NCBI GenBank assembly: GCA_900088475.1
Contig: FLMG01001487.1
Span: 1 to 64,000 of the forward strand
Length of the DNA: 64,000 bases
Origin: Hyphochytrium catenoides
Taxonomy: Eukaryota > Protista > Hyphochytriomycota
Direction of reading: 5' to 3'
Made by a program: the position numbers and the translations under genes. Below the pieces are notes generated by a model. It saw nothing but the letters and a program-made list of their open reading frames with translations. It had not been told where the DNA came from and did no database searches. This document shows, one piece after another, positions 1 to 11,090 of the stretch (the first letter of the stretch is position 1; every line of letters starts with the position of its first letter).

Positions 1-794
1 GGCAGGGACTTCTACCGTGGCGTTGAAGTGTGTCGCCCTCGCAATCGGAGTTGTCTACACAATGCCAACAACCAGCAAAGCAATGTCACTGCTCCTCCTC
101 CACCGCACCCACACCATCCTCTGTCTCTGTCACGTTGATGTTTTATACTGTTATTTTTGCCACCCTTCTTCGGGATAATCAGAGAGGTACGAGTACAACA
201 TACAGTCAAGGGTGTCTTCATGCCGGCAACGGCTAGCAAGTCGCACCGCTATTTCGGGGTTAGTTTAGGCAACGTGGGGAAATTCGGCTAAGTTTTTGGT
301 GGATGCGACTTACTAACGCTACACAAGGGGCTAAGAGACTACATTTTAGGTCGTTGATGGTAGAAGTCGATTTGTATTTCGGGCCAACTAAAGGTAAGGA
401 ATCTAGGTTTAGGAGGCTACGGACGCTTTTTCTACAGCACCCGTAGAGCTGTTTGATTATGCCTCCATGCCACTGAGAAGCAATGATGCCAGAGATCACA
501 AGCAGCTTCGCCAGTCCATGTTGGGCTCGATGACAGCTCCCTGAGCCGACAGCCGCGTACGAGCTAGTAGTGTACTACTACTGCTGAGCCTGGCGACACT
601 AAAGCCTTGCATCACCTTTATATCTTGCTGTCGGGTACTGACGCCAGTGGTAAGCCTGGAGAAGATCCAGAACCAATAGGAAGAAAAGTGAAAGTTCTTG
701 GCGTCGTTGCCAATCGCAGAGCCATAGATAGCAGCGAAGGCTGCACGATACACCGTTTAGGCCCAAGAAAGTTTGGTGGTTACTGTCTGAGCGC

Positions 795-3029
795 TTAGGC
801 TCGGCTGATCATCTTTGATGAGGGAGGTAAGTCCTAGAAGGCAGACAAAGTGACCTAACTGCTCGGGGCTGAGGCAGATTGTTGGTGCTCCTCAGCTATT
901 TTGCGCTCGAGTCGTACTAGCTTAGCTCTGAGTTCTTTGTTCACTTCCTTGACCTTTGTGAGCTCTTCTGTCTGCAATTTGAGCTCGGCTTCCTGCTTGC
1001 TAAGTAGTGTCTGGTGGGTTTTAAGCTTGGTTCTGAGGGACTGGTTCTCTGAAGCGAACTCTTCAACACTCTTCCGGAGTGAGTCCTACGGCGAGGTGGT
1101 AGGTTAGCGACCTGACAGCGGTAGTAGATGGGCAGACTCTGATTGCGTAGTAAGACAGAGCCCCCCGCAGATCTTTGAGTTGCAGGACAGGCACAGTTTG
1201 ATCATGGGGTGTACCAGAGTAGAAACGAAGAGAAGAAGCAGTGGCTAGATTCTTCATGCTCACCAGCATCTGCTTTGCCTGCTCTTCAAACTCCGTCGGA
1301 CCATGCCTGCATTGAGTATGAGGTGAGACTAGAGAGCTTCTGAAGCCAAAGAGAGCAAGAGGAACACTTACAAAGGTTCTTGTGGGCCCTTCGTTGTCGT
1401 ATTGACTTGAAGCTGAGAGAAGATTTCTAGTAAAAAGTCCTGCATTTTGCTCTGATTGCGAACCACATCCGACACTTGCTTCTGCACCTCTTGCACTTGC
1501 CCCTGTAGCAGTGCCAACCTCTGAGAGCTCTTGTCGGTAACCTCTTTTAGTTTGCCCACTGTCTCAGCATGACCAGCCATGGCTGGGGGACCAGACGCCC
1601 CAAATGTCCCCGTTAGATGATCATCTTTCTTTGGTGACATCTTTGCGGCGTCGTCTCGATCTCTCGGGGTGTCTGATTTTTGCAGATGCTGTCTAGCGGT
1701 TCTTGCAGCTGAATGGGCAGGTATCCAACGACTTCCGGTTGATGAGCCCCGGACTTGGCCACCTCCATACTGATATCTCGAAGGCAGACTATCCTCAAGC
1801 CCTGGATGAGGCGGTGAGGGCTCGCTAATTCGTCGCTCCCTTGGCCCCGAACCTGCAGGACAACCATCATGTTCGACCATCAAGTAGCCATAATTTAGTA
1901 AGCCGTTATTTTCTTCTCCACCCTCAGTCGCCTATCTCTCTCTCTGGCCATACTCTTTCAGCGATAGTAGAGCTCTAGAATCCTACCTGTTGGGTCATAT
2001 TCACCATCATCCTTCTGCGAAAAGGAACACCCGGCAGGGGACACCGAAGTCGAATAGCACAAAGTGCAATGGGACGGCCAGGTCGTGATTATAAGGCCAC
2101 AAGATACAAGAGTGGACGTACAAAGCCAGAGTTAGGCAATGATTGACTTGTTTCGCTGACTGAAGAGGAAGCCGGTCGTTTGGCCAGGGCAAACCAAAGA
2201 GTGGTCAGAAAAAGCCACAGAGCCCACAGAATCATGGTTACAAAGAGGAGAACTATGTGCCCACTTCACCTGGGGCCGTTCCGTAGCTGTCGGCGATTTG
2301 TTACCGCTACTGGGATTGCTGCCACCCGACACATAGCCGGGTGATGCCGGCTCAAACTCTGTGATCGTGAAGCGTCCAACCTTAACCTCCTTCCTCGATT
2401 TATATCTGAAGGAGAACAAAGATTTAGAGTCGCTCTCGACCTTGCCGAGGGAGTCTCTGAGCTAACAATCATGACTCCACATACTGCAGTTCCACAACTG
2501 CTTCCCACCTCGCATTCGTCTCGGACAATAGCACTCTTCTTTCACCTTTCCCCCAAGTAGTTAGCAAGTGCTGAAGAAAGGTGCCGCGTTACCTTCGACC
2601 CTTCCGTCGATTCGGCGACTTAGGAGACCGTGCCGGAGTTCCAGGCCCAGAAGCAGCAGATCCGCCAGTATCTGGACTATTGAGCCCTTGATTAACGATG
2701 ACGGGGCCATGTCGGACTTGTTGGCCATCCACTGTTTTTGTGGTGACGGTGACATTAAGGATGGATCTCGAGGTGGTCATCTCCGAGGAGCTGCCAGCTC
2801 CTGACAGATCTGACTCTTCAATGTCCCTAATAATAAATGTTCTCTTGGGCTTGGGCTTCGCTGACAGTCTTCTGTGCAGCCCAATCCCTCCTGGACCACC
2901 TGCTGCTGGAGGTTCAATAAGCAAAATTAGGTAAGGGAAGGAGAAAAATAAACTGTATCGTAAGGAGAAGGAGAAAAGGAGATAAAGAGAGATAAAGAGA
3001 TAGAGATAAAGAGAGATAGAGATAGAGAT

Positions 3030-3110
<81 letters not shown>

Positions 3111-3417
3111 ACAAAGAGGGAACAAAGGCAAGATGCAAGGATTGCCATAACTCACCACCAGTGCCAGCTTGCGATTGGCCGCTAGGTGGTGGTGGTGGGA
3201 TCGGCCGGTATAAGTCCGGAGAGGTCAACGCTCTGTGGTGCCGTATGGGAGAAACTCCACTCAGGGATCGAGGGGAGGTACTCTTTCCTTCTCCCTCATC
3301 GCTAAGATTGTCATAACCTGTCCGTCCAGCTGGCTCTATGCGAGAACGAGGTGATCCTCCGGGATAGGAGATACCTCGAACTACAGGCCCTGAGGTTGAA
3401 AAGATGTTATTCTTCAT
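795..3417 (-). CDS. Multi-exon hypothetical protein, Ser/Pro/Gly-rich, with C-terminal coiled coils
   Basis: ORF fragments join in frame across GT-AG introns: exon 3417-3156 (MKNNIF...AGTG), an intron holding the (CT)n tract, exons near 2905-2593, 2407-2270 and 1856-1372, exon ~1308-1265 (HGPTEFEEQAKQML) and an exon from ~1085 (DSLRKSVEEFASENQSLRTKLK..., heptad pattern). Some small internal exons and the 3' end (stop at 795 or 855) are uncertain. No family recognised. Confidence 0.6.
2963..3110. repeat. (GA)n/(GAGATA)n microsatellite inside an intron
   Basis: Directly visible: pure GA run at about 3049-3102, preceded by GAGATA/GATAAA variants. Confidence 0.95.
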
Positions 3418-4243
3418 TGTTCTTAACTTTCACTCATCCATCGGCGAAGAGTTCCAGACCAAGGGAAGAGAGAGGAACCGGAGCAGGGTAACAGGATGCT
3501 GCCAAGTTAGTTCCACGGAGCTGAAGCGTGAACCAGGACGAGTCCTGCCTCCCCTACTCTCAACCTTCCATCTGGTCTGGCCAAGCACTAATTCGGGAGA
3601 GATACAGGGGGATCATTGGCTGGCAATCAGGCTACTCTTCTGCAGCCGTCTTCGACGAACAGCAAGAGTCTGACGCCTTGTCCGTCCCTACGGCTCCCCT
3701 GCAGCTCTGGGGGTATGCCCACTTCAACTCTCAAAGTAACGATCACCTAAGTACTGTTTAGGTCAAACCGAGGTTTCCCTTGGTGTATATCTCACTTTCT
3801 CATTATGTGCAAAGGCAACCATGAAATGACGCTGCACTTAGACAGGAACGTTAAGAAGCAAGGATATCAGCGGGGCGGTAAGATAGTATCTTGTCCTGGT
3901 AGCGCTGCCCTTCTTTAAGCGCAGAAGAAAGAGCAAGTATGCTCGAAAGACCAGCACACGGCGGAAGGAACAGAAGAGAAGAAAGAGATGAAAAGGGGAG
4001 AGAAGATTGTAAGAAATGGAGACCTCAGCGCGGCGCGGCCAGGTCCTGCTCAAGCTAACGCAGAGTTAGCCGCTAACGCCTAGCCATCCCCGGAGCACAA
4101 TCACTCTCATCAAGAGGCAATATCGTGGATCCCCGTCGGCACCTTGGCCAGCTGCATCGATCAGCTGCGAGCAGGCAATAGCAAGAAGCGAAAGAGGCAC
4201 CCTAAGCCAGGCAACCACGAACCAGTTTGACCCGCAATGTGCA

Positions 4244-5467
4244 ATGTATCACGCTGAAGCAGCAGTGCCTAGCTTGGGAAGTATGATCATTGACGTCCAC
4301 GCTCACTTGAGTGCCTCGCAATTTGATGACGATCTGAGCGATTGTCTGGAGAAGGCAAAGCAAGTTGGAGTGAGCGCCATCATCTCGGTCACAGAGACTG
4401 CGGAAGATGTTGAGAGACTCCTCCAGGTGGCCGATGAGTATCCGAACATGGTATATCCCTGTATAGGTGTGTCGAGCTGAACTAGGTTTCTCTGCCATCC
4501 CCCTGTCTTTACCTCTTAACCTTTCCCTCATAACTCTGTTGCTGACCAAGGATAGGACTCTCTCGCGTCCACTAGGGCTTCATCCTTGTTGCGTGAACTC
4601 TGGGCGTCTGGCAGATGTTATCCACTCCATCCGCCAGCATCAACATCGTATTATCGGGGTGGGAGAAGTGGGGCTGGACTTCTCCCCTAATGTTCTGGGC
4701 GAGCACCAGGAAGAGATAAAGGAACTGCAAAAGGAGGCGTTTAGGCAGCAAATACTTCTCGCCAACGAGCTGGACCTACCGCTGAATGTTCATAGTCGGG
4801 CGGCTGGTCACCATGTGATCTCGTTCCTGCAAGAACATGGAGCCAAAAGGGTTGTCCTGCATGCTTTTGATGGGCGGGCTCATTATGCTGAGGCGGCTGC
4901 TAAAGAAGGTAAGAGCCATGAAATCTGGCCCCTTGAGAGTGGCTGGAGTCATAGTGTTGCACTTAACGCCTCAAACGGCTTTCTATTTGTGAAAGCTGAG
5001 ACCTTCGCTCACTCCTTCCGGTCGCTTTGCTGCGCTGGCTTATGACAAGGACGCCGGTCCTCGGCCATTAGGAGCGCCCTTTCGAAGACATTCTTACTCT
5101 CTATTCCCCGAGCTCTCCGGCTTTTGTCTTCTCCCTTTCACTCTCAACCTCTTATTCCACTTTTCGCCATCCACCCGTACCTAATGCACCATCTCCCACT
5201 ATCATTTGCTGGTCAGGATACTTCTTTTCCATTCCACCGCACGTGGCTAGGACACCAGCCACACAGAAGCTCATTCGACGGCTCCCACTAGAGAAATTGC
5301 TTCTAGAAACAGATGCTCCTGCGTTGGCTCCTGAAAAGGGCGAACGGAATGTACCAGCCAACATTTTGACATCAATAGAGCACATAGCGCGGTTGAAAGA
5401 CGTTAGCAACGAGGAAGTCATACGTGTCACTGCCGCAAATGCTAGGAAACTTTTTCGGCTAAGATGA
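4244..5467 (+). CDS. TatD-family DNase (TATDN3-like), 3 exons
   Basis: Motifs DVHAH, GLHP (across intron 1), GEVGLD, HSR, HAFDG and LETDAP. Exons about 4244/4283-4465, 4575-4908 and 5217-5467 with GT-AG introns. The start could be the ATG at 4283. Confidence 0.93.
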
Positions 5468-5758
5468 CAAAAGGAAGCAGTGAAGGAGCTCGTGGATAAG
5501 ATTAAGGGACTGATTGGGAGAGGTGTTCATGAGGAAGAGAAGGCCGCATTGTACATAAAGTCAGAGCACATAGAATAAGCTACACGTTTAAGGTGTTGGA
5601 AGGCTAGTTATGATAAATAAAGCGAGGTTCAGCGAGAGAGTTATCATAGGCACTGGTGTCCACGGGGCGATACCACTAAGCAAATCAAGGCAAGGCTAGA
5701 GGACTTCTTTAAGAGCTGCTGCAGCACAGGGTGGCATGCTTTTGGAGCTATCCTCACT

Positions 5759-8596
5759 CTACTGAAGGCCCTGAAGCTGCGATGTCGGCGGTGGCAATGA
5801 AGAGATGGCATTCAACCACAAGTTGACACAAGGCGTGATGTAGGCCATCCCGCAAAAGTAGACCGACGAGTCTCCCAAACATAATGGCACCAGAGAGAGA
5901 GCACACAGTTTTGTGTCAGGCGGAGCTATGGCACATAGCGCTTTAACCTCCTCCATGGACTTCACATGGAAGAGATCATGTTGCTTGGAGTACATCTCAT
6001 AGTCCCCTAGAACCGATTCCAATCTTGAATTCATCTTCTCCCACTGCTCCTGAAGAGCATTAGAGCCTTGTGCTTCATCTTCATGAATCGAGTCCAGCAT
6101 CGCGTCCTTATAAGAGACGAAGGCATATGTACAGACAGTGTACATACCACAGAGAGCGCGAAAATACCTGACTATTTTGGGCATGCTCAGGACTTCCTTC
6201 AGCTGTTCAGAGGATAAGTCAGCCTCCACTACCTGCTTGACCAAGTCCAACGCTCGATCAAGCTCCCTTTCAGTGCTGGACATTAGAGATTTCCAGCTGC
6301 TCAGGCACTCCTCCCCATCCCTGACAATCTTCAACAATCGAAAGCTTCTTTGAGCTGCTCTGTAGAGGTTGGCAGCGCTCTCTAGATCTTGCTCGCCGAT
6401 AATGGTGAGGGATGTCGTCACGTAGCAGGCTCGGAAAGCCTCGATATTGTCTCGTCTCCTAGCAGTTTCGACCTTGTCCCCTGCTCCGGTCACAAGGGTC
6501 CTGAGCTCTTCAAACATCTCCTTAGGAGACATGCCTGGTGCTAACGGTGCCTCTACCCAAGAGGTTAACTTTGCTGCCTGCTCTGCTAGCTCTTCACACT
6601 GAATGAGTGCCTGGATGATGGCTTTATCCTCAGCTAAGTAACCTCCTGCCCTCTCTACTATTCTATGGGCTAATGCAGGCCCCAAGTCGTTTCCATTTCC
6701 TTGTAGGGTATTAGGTATCGATGTGACAAAGCTTTGGCATTCAAGGGCATCCTCAAACTTGAAGGCCCCCACTAAAGGAGCTAAAAGAGCCCGCTGACAT
6801 GCTCCGGTGATGTGGAGCAGAGGATCTTGTGCACTGTGCCCTTGAGGCAATGAGGGTGAGGCCCCATCAACAAGCTGCCCAGCTTCGGTGGACCCAGCAA
6901 GAAGGCCATCTCCGTCATCAAGCGACCGTCTACCGATGAGTGGGGTCGGCTGAGGAGAAAGAAGAGACCAAGCATCATTCAAGTTAGCACTTGTCATTGA
7001 CGCCACTGACGGTTGGGGAGCAGCAAACTCAAACTCTGCCCACTCATCATCATCATCATCCGGGGAAGAAATGGACTCAATAGCTTTTAGGCTCCGCCCT
7101 GACGGCACTTGAAGATCCAGAAGGTCGCTGATGGCGGAATCTCTTTGCTGACCGACTGGTCTGTATTGAGATGCTAACCCTCTACTCAAGACATCCGGTT
7201 GTACGGCGTCCTTACGAGGAAGTGATGAACCCGCTCCACCATCACCTGCAATGCCACGGTGCCCGGATGGTAGGTCCCTTTGCTCCCCGACAAAGTCAGA
7301 CCAGTCTTCATCTTCTATTATACCTTCGTCCGACATGGTTGCTATAAGCACATCTGGTAACTCACGAAGTTCACCGGACGCAGTGGCTAGATGACAGTCA
7401 GTCTCATTACCTATAGGCTCTGTCTCAGGTCCCGGAGGGAGTAGCGGCATTGGCGCATTGGCCAACGGGCTGAAACCCAAGAACGGGTCATCTTCTCCCT
7501 GAGTGCGTCGGTTAGATTGGGGTACTTCAGGTGTTCCATCTTCCCTCGGGGGCAAGGGCAGTGAGGTCACAGGTGGATTCTGTACGCCTTGTTCCGTATG
7601 CTTATGGGTACTTGCCTGTTGCTGTTGCTCCGCAACCCGTGAAGGGGACGAGAATATATCTGCAGGAATCGGAGGCATAGTTGATTGTGAGCCTGCGAAG
7701 TCCCCAAAGAAGTCATCCTCATGCTCTAAAGTGCGGCGCACTGGGCCAGTTCTACCGTGATGGATGACGTCTGGGTATCGCTGCTGTGCAATAGGTGGGG
7801 CCTGAAAGCTTCTAGAATGAGGTAGTTCGGTCCCTTGAGTCTCACTAGGAAGCACTATCGGGCTGCCTGTCCTTAGTTCCATGCCGAGATTATTTCGACC
7901 TTGAGGTGAGTCCCCTGTAATGTGTGGGAGAGACATTGGCCGCGAGGCGAGGAGGAGGAGGTTATCTTGCGATAGCTCGTGCCCTGCCTGAGCCATAGAA
8001 ATGAGTCGCATGGCTACGTAGAACTGTCTACGCTCAAGGAACGATACTGTTCCAAGCGCTGCTATGTTCCATATATCTCTAAGGATAATACGCGGCAGGC
8101 CAGATTTACAAAAGAACTCTACTGCTGCTTGACCTCCAACTCTGCCCTGTCCACTTGCATCCGCCATGTCAAACCACCTATCCAGTAAAGCTTGCACTAA
8201 AGGCGAGGGTGGATAGTACCAGCCACCCTCCATTTTGTCAAGATCACCTGCGCCTGTTGCACTGGAGAGGGCATTGAAGGGATTGTTACGCGACGAAGGT
8301 TGAAGTAAAGCGGGCGATGCTGGTGCAGAGGATGATTGCGGCACTTGAGCAGCTAGTTGGAGATGCTGAGCCTTCCTCGCCTCTTGTGCATAATGCTGGA
8401 GTGGCGATCCTACTGGCGACATTTTCCTAGCATGACCAGTTCCTGTAGCGTGAAACGCCTGTAGACCCTCTGGCGCATCACACCTATCAGATCCATCGAA
8501 AGCGTTATCTCCAACCGCAGCAGGCTGCTGCCACTGACTAGAGAGATGTCGAGTATCAAGAGAATGTGGGGGAAAGATATCCGGGTGCTGGTCCAT
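5759..8596 (-). CDS. EH-domain protein, synergin-gamma-like AP-1 accessory protein (single exon)
   Basis: EH domain WFDMADASGQGRVGGQAAVEFFCKSGLPRIILRDIW...FYVAMRLI. Acidic-aromatic motifs DDFFGDF, EDWSDF and DEWAEF. C-terminal CALSL...YITPCVNLWLN...PP resembles the synergin-gamma tail. The first ATG is at 8596; the ORF track starts at a TTG at 8668. Confidence 0.75.
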   Translation of the reverse strand: MDQHPDIFPPHSLDTRHLSSQWQQPAAVGDNAFDGSDRCDAPEGLQAFHATGTGHARKMSPVGSPLQHYAQEARKAQHLQLAAQVPQSSSAPASPALLQPSSRNNPFNALSSATGAGDLDKMEGGWYYPPSPLVQALLDRWFDMADASGQGRVGGQAAVEFFCKSGLPRIILRDIWNIAALGTVSFLERRQFYVAMRLISMAQAGHELSQDNLLLLASRPMSLPHITGDSPQGRNNLGMELRTGSPIVLPSETQGTELPHSRSFQAPPIAQQRYPDVIHHGRTGPVRRTLEHEDDFFGDFAGSQSTMPPIPADIFSSPSRVAEQQQQASTHKHTEQGVQNPPVTSLPLPPREDGTPEVPQSNRRTQGEDDPFLGFSPLANAPMPLLPPGPETEPIGNETDCHLATASGELRELPDVLIATMSDEGIIEDEDWSDFVGEQRDLPSGHRGIAGDGGAGSSLPRKDAVQPDVLSRGLASQYRPVGQQRDSAISDLLDLQVPSGRSLKAIESISSPDDDDDEWAEFEFAAPQPSVASMTSANLNDAWSLLSPQPTPLIGRRSLDDGDGLLAGSTEAGQLVDGASPSLPQGHSAQDPLLHITGACQRALLAPLVGAFKFEDALECQSFVTSIPNTLQGNGNDLGPALAHRIVERAGGYLAEDKAIIQALIQCEELAEQAAKLTSWVEAPLAPGMSPKEMFEELRTLVTGAGDKVETARRRDNIEAFRACYVTTSLTIIGEQDLESAANLYRAAQRSFRLLKIVRDGEECLSSWKSLMSSTERELDRALDLVKQVVEADLSSEQLKEVLSMPKIVRYFRALCGMYTVCTYAFVSYKDAMLDSIHEDEAQGSNALQEQWEKMNSRLESVLGDYEMYSKQHDLFHVKSMEEVKALCAIAPPDTKLCALSLVPLCLGDSSVYFCGMAYITPCVNLWLNAISSLPPPTSQLQGLQ

Positions 8597-9119
8597 TGTC
8601 CCTCTCAGTCCAATGGGCTGATGGATGAGGCTCGACGGGTGATGTAACGGGGTCAATACATCTACCAACTAACGGTCTCTAAGAGTTACAAGATAGAGAG
8701 CCTCGATGTTGCCAGATCCATGGGCTGTCACACCTCAAGCCTTTCAGGATCAATCTGGCACATCTATACCTAGCTCTTGAATCATTAACATTCAGTCCAT
8801 TGAACTTGGCATTACTTTCCAAGGAGTAGTGGAGCTCTCTTCTTCCTAGTAGGAGCTGCAAAACTCGCTGCGTCTGATCTGATGTCGTCTGCAAGCAGAT
8901 GAATCAGAATCCCGCTCTCTCATGGAGACATTAGACCTTCTTTTTCTACTTGTGAGTTATTGGTCAAGCTAGCTGCCACTGAAACAACATGCAACGATAC
9001 AAATATAATGGCGTTTGCTTTACAGCCACCTCGCCACTACAGTAACTAATGAATAGTAACCAGTCGTTGAGATTTGACAATGAGATTCAAGAGGAATCGG
9101 TTACACTTGCTACAGATAA

Positions 9120-9200
9120 ACGAAGAAAGTAAAAGAAGGAAAAGAAGAAGTAAAAGGAGGAGGAGAAGAAGAAGAGGAAGAAGAAGAAGAAGACAAGAAA
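9120..9200. repeat. Purine-rich (GAA/GGA)n low-complexity tract
   Basis: Directly visible AGA/AGG triplet runs between the divergent genes. Confidence 0.85.
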
Positions 9201-9593
9201 AGCTAAAACACCTTGGTCTCGTCCTCAGCTCGATCTTCTCCACGCTCATCATCAGTAAAGGAAGAATCATAGTTGATCTCCTCAGTAATAATAAGGGCAG
9301 AAGATGGAGGAGGAGGTGGTGAACCACCAGCCACAGAGCGGAGACGTCAATCGACTGCCCATCTGCGGACCACTGATTCGCTCTTACACAGCCTTCGGCT
9401 TACCTTAGAACTACTGTATGGTGACAGACTGGACGCGAAGAGGCACAGGGCTCGGCTGACTGCAGAAGAGACGATTGGCGTTGCTGTCTTTAAGACCTTA
9501 CCCTCTCAACAACCACGATTCCTTTCTTACTATCTTCTTGGGTCCTGGCATTATAAGGTTATTTAGCTCAAGAGAGCCTTGGAATCGACAAAG

Positions 9594-11090
9594 ATGACTC
9601 ATGGCCAAAACCAACAACAAGACAGGAACTCGGCCCAGAGTAATGTGTACCGACTTCAAGTCGTAGGTGGGCGGCGGGACGTTACCTCATTTGAACCATT
9701 GGCAGTCACGTGGACTGAGCTCCCCTTCTGCAGACTTTTCGGTACCAAAAAAGCTTCAAGCAGAGTTCTCTAACGAAGAGATACTTGATTTTCTGGGTTT
9801 GGTGAGCATCCCGAACCCGATAGGGGCTTAGGTGCCGCCTTTCTCATTTACCATTACCTCCTCAAATGGCAGTTTAAGGCTTTGGATACGGATGGCAGTG
9901 GAGCTATTGGGCCCACGGAGCTTGCAGACCTTACGGCAAGCATTGGAATGACACTGAGCATGAGTGAGGTGCCGCAACTATTGAAAGTCAAAGCGAATCT
10001 CTTGTCGCTGATCATTAACGAACGACATGAACATACAGATCGAAGCTCTCATCGATGGTGTCGATTCAAATCATACAAGGGAGATTGAATTCTTTGAGTT
10101 TTTGGAGGTCAGATTCGAGGAAGATGATTGCTTCTCATGTCTCCCGAAAGATTGAAAAAGCAACACCTCTTCACAGATTATGTCAAAATTTAGACGTGGA
10201 GAAGGTAGCAGCCTACTTGGGCAGATGTGGATGAAAGCACGCAATAATCTACCTCTACATCGAGAGCGGAAAGAGCTGGAGAAGGAACCTGTCATGTTGT
10301 GCGAGATAAGGACTGTGCATGGTAATTAGAAGCTATCCACTACCATCATCTCCAAAACCTCTATGAACGCTAAGCATGTCCTCCATAGGGAACAATCGAC
10401 ACTGGTCAATAGACTTTTATGGACCCGCGGAAACTCCTTATGCTGGCGGAAGGTTCCGGATGACTGTGAGGTATAAAGATTACGACTCGCGGCCAAGTTT
10501 TTGGAGCTGAGACATTTTCCCAGCTTCCCACAGGCATATCCCTACGAGAGTCCAGCAGTACGACTTCTCACAAGGATTTACCACCTCAACCTTGAGATGG
10601 TAGGCCTTCTTCTTGCTGTTTGGCTTACAGGCCATCGAAGTGCTGGACAATTCTTAACGCTGGTATTGGTCTACTGTCTGCCCTTATACTTGCCAAACTT
10701 CTGCTCACGATAGCTACCGAACGGAGAGACATTGCTGCCTAGTATCATGGACCGATGGGAGCCAGGTATTGTTACGGCTAGCACACCCTCTACCAGACAG
10801 TAATTTGGGGAAACTGACTTTCGCTACAATGACAAGATTGGGATGTACGGCGGTTGCTCCAAGAGTTAGAAAGTCTGCTAATCACCCCGACCTTGGATTT
10901 GGTCCCTCCGAGCGTGTTACGGAAGGCGGAAGCGAGTGGAACAGCAAAAGATACTCAGCATCTTCCCGACAGCAAAGCAGACTTGATGACGCTTATTTGC
11001 AACGTATACAAGGAGTCTCCAGCACTTTACCGTAAGAACGCAAAGATGTGCACTGAGGAGTTTGCTATGATAAAGAGCTGTCAAAAATAG
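9594..11090 (+). CDS. EF-hand pair fused to a ubiquitin-conjugating-enzyme-like (UEV) domain
   Basis: Spliced product contains DTDGSGAIGPTE and DSNHTREIEFFE (EF loops), then WSIDFYGPAETPYAGGRF, FPQAYPYESPAVRLLTRIYHLN, LPNGETLLPSIMDRWEP and WDVRRLLQELESLL (UBC fold). About 9 GT-AG-joined exons. The N-terminus may extend upstream to about 9273. Confidence 0.8.

Noticed and set aside
2589-3158. ORFs with SLSLSL runs (also 2914-3417, 2927-3148 and 18523-19122)
   Set aside because: These are translations of CT microsatellites in intronic or intergenic DNA.
1-4050. Possible decayed retrotransposon (gag-like fragments, many short ORFs)
   Set aside because: The fragments from 795-3417 splice into one frame at canonical GT-AG sites. 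No RT, integrase, protease or zinc-knuckle motif and no LTR pair is visible. 1-790 remains unassigned.
9046-9327. Poly-Arg / poly-Leu ORFs
   Set aside because: They derive from the GAA/GGA repeat; I could not splice them convincingly to the downstream gene.
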